From: an uncultured Eubacteriales bacterium
GTDB lineage: Bacteria; Bacillota; Clostridia; Oscillospirales; CAG-382
Assembly (NCBI GenBank): GCA_934446095.1
Contig: CAKSDR010000001.1
Span: 4,893-68,892 of the forward strand
Length of the DNA stretch: 64,000 bases
Reading direction: 5' to 3'
In this document: in pieces, positions 58,125-64,000 of the stretch
How the letters are laid out: each line of letters starts with the position of its first letter
Numbering within the stretch: position 1 is the first letter of the stretch
The notes under the pieces: model-generated
Told to the model about the DNA's origin: nothing
What the model saw: only the letters and a program-made list of their open reading frames with translations
Database searches by the model: none
Position numbers and translations under genes: made by a program

Positions 58125-58154
58125 AGCGCAGTATAAAAACTGCGCTTTTTTTTA
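58125..58154 (+). terminator. Intrinsic terminator after the radical SAM gene
   Basis: Stem agcgcagt-ataaaa-actgcgct followed by 8 T. Confidence 0.8.
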
Positions 58155-58440
58155 CATTTTAAGATTTGTCTTGTAAAAATTATACCGAGATTTACGATTT
58201 TTTTAACGTAAGTGGATTTTACTGCGGTTGAAGTTTTGAACCGTAATTACTGCCCGTTTTTCTCCGACAGGGGCGGACGAACTGACCCCCGATGGCGGTA
58301 GGCTGCAAATTTTACCAAACTCCGATCGAGTTTTTGCAAAAGAGCGGTAAGTAAATTAAATGACAGCGAATAATGGATGGATTGAGGTTTGGTTTTTGTC
58401 TATGCACGGCGCGGCTTATATGTACTTAAAAAGGCTTTTG

Positions 58441-58480
58441 TGACAAAAAAGATGCCTTAACTTTTGTTAAGACATCTTTC
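58441..58480 (-). terminator. Intrinsic terminator after pnp
   Basis: Minus strand reads aaagatgtcttaa-caaaa-gttaaggcatcttt followed by tttttgt. Confidence 0.75.
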
Positions 58481-58501
58481 TTTATATAATATACAAATTT
58501 T

Positions 58502-60589
58502 TTATTCAAGACAATCTTTTCTTGAAAGGTTAATTCTGCCCTTGTCGTCTATTTCAATAACTTTAACGCGTATTTCATCGCCTACCGAAACCACATCTTC
58601 AACTTTTTCAACTCTTTTTTTGTCAAGTTTTGAGATGTGAACAAGCCCTTCTTTTCCGGGAGCATATTCAACGAAAGCGCCGAACGACATTATTCTTGTT
58701 ACTTTTCCGACAAATTCTGTGCCTACTTCGGGATCTTTTGCAATAGCATTTACAATAGAAAGAGCTTTTTCGGCAGCGTCTTTGTCAACGCATGAAATGA
58801 ATACCGATCCGTCGTCTTCAATGTCGATTTTTGCTCCGGTATCCGCACATATCTTCTGAATAACCTTTCCGCCGCTTCCTATAACTTCGCGGATTTTTTC
58901 AGGATCTATTTTTGTGCTTATCATTTTGGGAGCATATTTCGAAACTTCAGCTCTGGGCTCGGGAATTGCCTTTAACATAACTTCATCGAGAATATACATA
59001 CGGCCGGCTTTTGTCTGCTCGAAAGCGGCTTTAATAATTTCAGGGGTAAGTCCGTCAATCTTAAGGTCCATCTGGATTGCGGTGATGCCTTCCGTTGTAC
59101 CGGTCACCTTGAAATCCATGTCTCCGAAGAAGTCCTCAAGTCCCTGGATATCAAGCATTGTCATCCATCTTTCGCCTTCGGTTACAAGACCGCATGAAAT
59201 ACCTGCAACAGGCGCAGTAATCGGAACGCCTGCGTCCATGAGGGCAAGTGTTGAAGCACATATGGATCCTTGAGAAGTAGAGCCGTTTGATGAAACTACC
59301 TCAGAAACGAGTCTTAAAGCGTACGGGAAAGTTTCAACCGGCGGAATAACCGGAAGCAATGCACGTTCTGCAAGAGCTCCATGACCTATTTCGCGGCGTC
59401 CGGGACTTCTTGAAGGTTTTGCCTCTCCGACAGAATATCCGGGCATATTATAATGGTGCATATAGCGTTTTGTTTCTTCGGGTTCGATACCGTCAAGCAA
59501 CTGCTGATCGGCAACAGGACCTAATGTAACCGATGTGAGAACCTGAGTCTGTCCTCTTGTAAAGAGGGCGGAACCGTGAACTCTGGGCAAAAGGCCTACT
59601 TCTGAAGCAAGGGGTCTTATCTGGTCAAGACGTCTGCCGTCAACGCGCTTTCCGTCGTCAAGAAGCCATCTGCGAACTACAAATTTCTGAAGTTTGTAAA
59701 GACATTCAGTCATAGCCTCTTTGCTTTCGGGATACTGTTCTTCAAAATGTGCAAACACATCGTCATATACTACTTTGAGTCTTTCCTCGCGTACGGTCTT
59801 ATCATCTGTATCGAGCGCTGCGCGCACTTTTTCTATGGCATAGTCGCTTATTGCGTCGTACATGTCATGGTCAACTTCACATGACGGGTACTGGAATTTG
59901 GGTTTGCCTATTTCATTTTGAATATCTTTTATGAATTTGACGATTTTTTTGATTTCCTCATGAGCTTTCATAATTGCGTCAAACATCTGATCTTCGGGCA
60001 CTTCTTTTGCGCCTGCTTCAATCATGACAACTTTCTGTTCGCTTCCCGCAACGGTAAGTTCAAGAGTACTTCTGCTTCTTTGTTCAACTGTCGGGTTAAC
60101 GACAAGTTTGCCGTCTACAAGGCCCATGAAAACGCCTGCGATAGGACCGTTCCACGGAATATCGGATATCGAAAGGGCAATAGACGCGCCGATCATAGCT
60201 GTGATTTCGGGCGAATTGTCGGGATCAACCGATAAAACAAGAAGACTTATGCATACATCGTTCCTTAAATCTTTAGGGAAAAGCGGGCGGATAGGTCTGT
60301 CAATAACACGAGAAGTTAAAATTGCTTTTTCGGTAGGTTTTCCTTCTCTTTTGAGAAAACTTCCGGGTATGCGGCCTACAGAATAAAGACGCTCTTCGAA
60401 ATCTACCGACAGCGGAAGAAAATCGATGCCGTCTCTCGGGGCTGCACTTGCCGTAGCGGTTGCAAGAATAACGGTATCACCGTAGCGTACAAGCGCCGAA
60501 CCGTTTGCAAGCTGTGCGATTTTACCGGTTTCAACAACCAAAGGTCTTCCTTCAAACTCTGTGCTGAAGGTTCTGTAATTTTCGAACAA
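58502..60589 (-). CDS. pnp: Polyribonucleotide nucleotidyltransferase (PNPase)
   Basis: Two RNase PH domains, a KH domain and an S1 domain. Start set to TTG 60589, 6 nt after ACGGAGGCG, which gives the homology-consistent N-terminus MFENYRTFSTEFEGRPLVVETGK. TTG at 60658 also has an RBS and is the alternative. Confidence 0.95.
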   Translation of the reverse strand: MFENYRTFSTEFEGRPLVVETGKIAQLANGSALVRYGDTVILATATASAAPRDGIDFLPLSVDFEERLYSVGRIPGSFLKREGKPTEKAILTSRVIDRPIRPLFPKDLRNDVCISLLVLSVDPDNSPEITAMIGASIALSISDIPWNGPIAGVFMGLVDGKLVVNPTVEQRSRSTLELTVAGSEQKVVMIEAGAKEVPEDQMFDAIMKAHEEIKKIVKFIKDIQNEIGKPKFQYPSCEVDHDMYDAISDYAIEKVRAALDTDDKTVREERLKVVYDDVFAHFEEQYPESKEAMTECLYKLQKFVVRRWLLDDGKRVDGRRLDQIRPLASEVGLLPRVHGSALFTRGQTQVLTSVTLGPVADQQLLDGIEPEETKRYMHHYNMPGYSVGEAKPSRSPGRREIGHGALAERALLPVIPPVETFPYALRLVSEVVSSNGSTSQGSICASTLALMDAGVPITAPVAGISCGLVTEGERWMTMLDIQGLEDFFGDMDFKVTGTTEGITAIQMDLKIDGLTPEIIKAAFEQTKAGRMYILDEVMLKAIPEPRAEVSKYAPKMISTKIDPEKIREVIGSGGKVIQKICADTGAKIDIEDDGSVFISCVDKDAAEKALSIVNAIAKDPEVGTEFVGKVTRIMSFGAFVEYAPGKEGLVHISKLDKKRVEKVEDVVSVGDEIRVKVIEIDDKGRINLSRKDCLE

Positions 60590-60850
60590 TTTGTTCGCCT
60601 CCGTTTCTTTTTTTGAAGTGCGGAGGTCACAAAATAAATTTTTTAAACTTTCAAACAATGGTTTTTCCTCCGTAAAAAATTTAAAACAGAGCGTCAGTCA
60701 TGCAAAATGCACGGATTTAGCACTTAAAAATAAATCCGAATATCAGACTTGTTTTTAAATGCTAACTCACCGACGCTTTGCAAATGGGTATATGCTTAAT
60801 TTGGGTGAACACGCATTTTTATAAACATGTTCACCCATTTTTGCCTGAAA

Positions 60851-61117
60851 TTACTTTCTGATGTTAAGTTTTTCAATGATTGTGCGATAACGGTTGATAT
60901 CTTTTTTCATAAGATAACCGAGAAGATTTCTTCTGTGTCCTACCATTTTAAGAAGACCTCTTCTTGAATGATGGTCGTTCTTGTTGGTTTTTAAATGCTC
61001 TGTTAAAGAGTTGATTCTTGAAGTGAGAATAGCAATCTGAACCTCAGGAGAACCTGTATCACCTTCATGAATTTTGTACTCGTTGATAATGTTTTGTTTT
61101 TCGTCTTTCTGCATCAT
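60851..61117 (-). CDS. rpsO: 30S ribosomal protein S15
   Basis: [13 protein letters not shown] and [12 protein letters not shown] motifs. Start set to ATG 61117 (88 aa), which follows GGTGGA. The longer track ORF adds a non-homologous extension. Confidence 0.95.
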   Translation of the reverse strand: MMQKDEKQNIINEYKIHEGDTGSPEVQIAILTSRINSLTEHLKTNKNDHHSRRGLLKMVGHRRNLLGYLMKKDINRYRTIIEKLNIRK

Positions 61118-61267
61118 AAGTATGATTCCACCTTTATATAAAAATTCGAAAATACCGTCGCAGACCAAAGCATAGGCGGGTGAAAACCTTTTCGAACCGC
61201 GCGCAAAGACGCATGCGGCAAAAGCCTAACTCCATATACTGAGATGAGGACAAATATTTACCTATAG

Positions 61268-61296
61268 AGTATATCACAAATATTTTGATTTGTAAA
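61268..61296 (-). promoter_or_regulatory. Candidate sigma-A promoter for rpsO
   Basis: Minus strand: TTTACA, 17-nt spacer, TATACT with extended -10 TG. This predicts a leader of about 140 nt. Confidence 0.5.
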
Positions 61297-61334
61297 TATA
61301 TTTTTTGAAAAAATATATTTTATATGTAATTTTC

Positions 61335-61363
61335 TTGAAAACCGGCGCGGATTATGTTATAAT
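61335..61363 (+). promoter_or_regulatory. Candidate sigma-A promoter for the HTH-ytfI-ytfJ genes
   Basis: TTGAAA, 17-nt spacer, TATAAT with extended -10 TG. Confidence 0.55.
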
Positions 61364-61412
61364 CAATATAAATTAAGTGAAATTATATGAATAAAAAAGT
61401 TTGGGCCGGAAA

Positions 61413-61766
61413 ATGAAAAATAAATTTCAGAAGAAAATCTTTTCGATATTGCTTGAAAAGGCAAAAGGCACGCGAAGCGTCAGGGCGTTTGCCGCCGACT
61501 GCAATATAAGTTACGTGCAGATGAGAAAACTTATAAATTGCGAGCAGGAAAATCCGCCCGGGAAAAAACTTTTGCAAAAAATTGCCGAAAACAGCATGTG
61601 CGGAATAGACTACGACGACTACGCTTTTGCATGCGGACTTGCTTTTGAAAATGACAAGGACTCGGTATTTTCAAAACAAGAGGAACTGCTCGTGGAAAAA
61701 TTCAGAAATCTTTCCAATAATCAGAAAAAAACAGTATTTAAATTTATAGATTTTTTGGATTTTTAA
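61413..61766 (+). CDS. XRE/Cro-type helix-turn-helix protein
   Basis: SVRAFAADCNISYVQMRKLINCE is an HTH_3-like motif. ATG 61413 is preferred over the track TTG at 61401. Confidence 0.6.
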   Translation: MKNKFQKKIFSILLEKAKGTRSVRAFAADCNISYVQMRKLINCEQENPPGKKLLQKIAENSMCGIDYDDYAFACGLAFENDKDSVFSKQEELLVEKFRNLSNNQKKTVFKFIDFLDF

Positions 61767-61822
61767 TGATTGCCGCGGTGTTTTTCGCCGAAGCAAAATA
61801 AAAAATATTTAAAAGGAGAAAT

Positions 61823-62455
61823 ATGGTAATACTTAAAGCGCTTTTATATATTTTTATATTTTTGCTTTTAATGATTTTTATATCTTTATGCCTTAAAGTG
61901 AAAGTTTTTTTCATATATAAGGAAAACAAGCCCAGGATATATTTAAAAATTCTGTTTTTTAAATTTGATTTTTCAAAGAAAACCGGTCAATCGAAATCAA
62001 AAATTAAGGCTGAGAGAAAAAAAATGTCCGGAGAACACGCGCAGGATAAAGTCGTAAATGACGGTAAAAATGCCGAAAACAAAGCGGCAAAGACAAAAAA
62101 AGAACCGGAACTTTTTGATGTTTTGAAACTTGTGCTCAAACTTTTAGAAGATTTCGTACCGAGGTTTGCAAAGGCAATTTTTGTACATATAAAAAGCATA
62201 AATATTATTGTGGGCAAGGAAGATGCAGCCGATACAGCCGTGTTTTACGGCCAGGTGTGCGCGATTGTCGGCGGGATATGCGCTTTTGAAAACCTTATAC
62301 CGAATTTTTCGATAGCCGACGGCGCAATTTTTGTGGATGTTGACTATGAAAGCGGAAAAACTGTCGGAGAAACAGAAATTATTATTTCCGCAAGAGTCGG
62401 AAAACTCGTATTTTGCGCGCTCCATACGGGAATTGTATACCTTTTGAATAAATAA
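61823..62455 (+). CDS. DUF2953 (YtfI-like) sporulation-associated membrane protein
   Basis: N-terminal TM, a Lys-rich linker, and a position directly upstream of a ytfJ homologue as in B. subtilis ytfI-ytfJ. Confidence 0.5.
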   Translation: MVILKALLYIFIFLLLMIFISLCLKVKVFFIYKENKPRIYLKILFFKFDFSKKTGQSKSKIKAERKKMSGEHAQDKVVNDGKNAENKAAKTKKEPELFDVLKLVLKLLEDFVPRFAKAIFVHIKSINIIVGKEDAADTAVFYGQVCAIVGGICAFENLIPNFSIADGAIFVDVDYESGKTVGETEIIISARVGKLVFCALHTGIVYLLNK

Positions 62456-62475
62456 CTTTTTGGGAGGATTTAATC

Positions 62476-62946
62476 ATGTCTGAAAATATGCCGCTCAGCG
62501 ACGTTATAAAAACATCGCTTGAAAACATTAAAAATGTAATAGATACAAGCACAGTAATCGGCGAACCTATAACAGTGCTTGAAGATACGGTTATAATTCC
62601 CGTGTCAAAAGTTTCCGTGGGCTTTGCCTCCGGCGGCGCGGAATATAACGGAAAAAAAGACAATCAGGCAAAAAATCCGAAATTCGGAGGAGGCGGGGGA
62701 ACCGGTCTTACAGTCAACCCTGTGGCATTTCTTATTGTGAATAAGTCGGGCGACGTAAGAATGCTTAATGTTGACGAAAACAGCGGATATTCCGGAAACG
62801 AAGGATATGTAGGCATGGTTGCCGCATTGGATGAATTTATAAACAGAGCTCCGGATATGCTTGAAAAATTTAAATTTATGTTCGGAAAAAAGAAAAACGA
62901 AAAGCAGGACGAAGAACCGGAAAAAGAAGATTTAAAAGAAGAATGA
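62476..62946 (+). CDS. ytfJ: GerW/YtfJ family sporulation protein
   Basis: STVIGEPITVLEDTVIIPVSKVSVGFASGG...FGGGGGTGLTVNPVAFLIV is the family signature. Confidence 0.85.
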   Translation: MSENMPLSDVIKTSLENIKNVIDTSTVIGEPITVLEDTVIIPVSKVSVGFASGGAEYNGKKDNQAKNPKFGGGGGTGLTVNPVAFLIVNKSGDVRMLNVDENSGYSGNEGYVGMVAALDEFINRAPDMLEKFKFMFGKKKNEKQDEEPEKEDLKEE

Positions 62947-63001
62947 TATTCTGTCTTCTGCAAGACATTTGTCTGCAAATGCAGAGGTTTTGGGTTTAAT
63001 T

Positions 63002-63040
63002 AAAAAAAAAGCCGCAACGAAAAATTCGTTGCGGCTTTTA
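63002..63040. terminator. Bidirectional intrinsic terminator between ytfJ and gdhA
   Basis: An A-run, then gccgcaacgaa-aaa-ttcgttgcggc, then a T-run. Confidence 0.8.
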
Positions 63041-63126
63041 TATTGATTGTTTTAATTTTTAAAAACTCATAAGGGCGGGCAATTCCGCATACTTTAAGTG
63101 AAATTTTGCGAATGATGTGAATACAA

Positions 63127-64000
63127 TTAATATGCAACGCCCTGTGCCTTCATCGCCTCGGCAACTTTCATAAAGCCTGCGATGTTTGCGCCCACAACAA
63201 GATTTCCGGGGAAACCGTAATCAACCGATGCTTTGTAAGCGTTTTTGTAAATATTTACCATGATATCGTGAAGTTTGCTGTCAACTTCTTCGAAAGTCCA
63301 TGACAATCTTAATGAGTTCTGGCTCATTTCAAGACCGCTTGTTGCAACGCCGCCTGCGTTTGAAGCCTTGGCAGGAGCAAACAAAACGTTGTTTTTCTGG
63401 AAGTATTCTATAGCATCGGGAGTTGACGGCATGTTCGCACCTTCGGCAACGGCAATACAACCGTTGGCAACAAGCGCTTTTGCTCCGTCGATGTCAAGTT
63501 CATTCTGAGTAGCGCAGGGAAGAGCAATATCGCATTTAACGGTCCAGATGCCCTTGCAGCCTTCAAAATACTGTGCTGAAGGAACTTCGGAAGCGTAAAC
63601 TTTTATTCTTTCGCGGCGAACTTCCTTGATATCTTTCATAACATCAAGATTTATACCGTTTTTATCAACAACATATCCGTTTGAATCCGACATTGCAATT
63701 ACTTTTCCGCCGAGAGCGTATGTTTTTTCCGCAGCGTATATTGCGACATTTCCGGAACCGGAGATTACAACGTCTTTATCCTTGAAACTCTGGCCCGCAC
63801 TCTTTAACATTTCATCGGTGAAATAGCAAAGTCCGTAGCCTGTAGCCTCGGTTCTTGCAAGAGAACCGCCGTAAGTTAAGCCCTTGCCTGTGAGTACGCC
63901 CGTAAATTCATTGCGCAGTCTTTTGTACTGGCCGAACATAAATCCGATTTCACGGGCTCCAACTCCGATGTCACCGGCGGGAACGTCTGTGTCGGCACCG
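63127..64000 (-). CDS. gdhA: NADP-specific glutamate dehydrogenase, C-terminal part (N-terminus beyond window end)
   Basis: The frame stays open to base 64000 (..GADTDVPAGDIGVGAREIGFMFGQYK..), followed by the GSGNVA Rossmann motif and a typical GDH C-terminus. Confidence 0.9.
   Translation of the reverse strand, partial: GADTDVPAGDIGVGAREIGFMFGQYKRLRNEFTGVLTGKGLTYGGSLARTEATGYGLCYFTDEMLKSAGQSFKDKDVVISGSGNVAIYAAEKTYALGGKVIAMSDSNGYVVDKNGINLDVMKDIKEVRRERIKVYASEVPSAQYFEGCKGIWTVKCDIALPCATQNELDIDGAKALVANGCIAVAEGANMPSTPDAIEYFQKNNVLFAPAKASNAGGVATSGLEMSQNSLRLSWTFEEVDSKLHDIMVNIYKNAYKASVDYGFPGNLVVGANIAGFMKVAEAMKAQGVAY

Noticed and set aside
58155-58440. Identification of the GC-rich intergenic region as SRP RNA, tmRNA, RNase P, 6S RNA or a known riboswitch.
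   Set aside because: I could not find conserved cores such as the SRP GGAAGCAGC helix-8 motif, the tmRNA tRNA-like ends or the RNase P GAGGAAAGUCC. The two halves do not pair into a 6S-like rod. No gene lies downstream for a riboswitch. I left it as an unclassified candidate.
58360-58443. 27-codon ORF (MTANNGWIEVWFLSMHGAAYMYLKRLL) inside the candidate ncRNA region, considered as a type I toxin or small peptide.
   Set aside because: It has no Shine-Dalgarno sequence upstream and no clear transmembrane character. This is insufficient evidence for coding.

Overview
This window is a low-GC Firmicute chromosome segment, probably Clostridia and spore-forming. Supporting signs are ytvI-like and ytfI/ytfJ-like genes, a clostridial 2x[4Fe-4S] ferredoxin, a T-box, a TPP riboswitch and a PASTA kinase. 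Most of it is conserved housekeeping sequence. On the minus strand, 1-12.2 kb holds the classic yicC-remA-gmk-rpoZ-priA-def-fmt-(Zn protease)-rsmB-rlmN-stp-prkC-rsgA block. The rest includes ribF, a DD-carboxypeptidase, ferredoxin, truB, an ABC-F ATPase, lexA, hom, DUF1385-prmC, T-box-thrS, mfd, a prsA-like gene, a pflX-like radical SAM gene, rpsO-pnp, ytfI/ytfJ and a truncated gdhA. Two accessory operons stand out. The first (25.3-37.7 kb) is a seven-gene unit with no ATPase and no regulator. It encodes a 1036-aa solute-binding protein with a duplicated beta-sandwich-like N-terminal extension, two complete MalF/MalG-type permease pairs, an NHL-propeller::Yip1 membrane fusion and a roughly 960-aa DUF5696-like secreted protein. 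A strikingly AT-rich region and a long structured leader precede it. I consider this the best candidate for an undescribed envelope system. The second (38.8-44.7 kb) is a five-gene gldA/gldF/gldG-like ABC-2 + DUF4340 + YibE/F operon. Smaller observations are a GC-rich, ORF-free candidate ncRNA downstream of pnp, an intrinsic terminator 27 nt upstream of the ABC-F start codon with no room for a promoter, several GC-rich structured leaders, an orphan response regulator, and a ferredoxin gene absent from the ORF track. I saw no transposases, integrases, phage genes, CRISPR arrays, tRNAs or rRNAs. All family assignments come from motif recognition by eye, and no database search was run.
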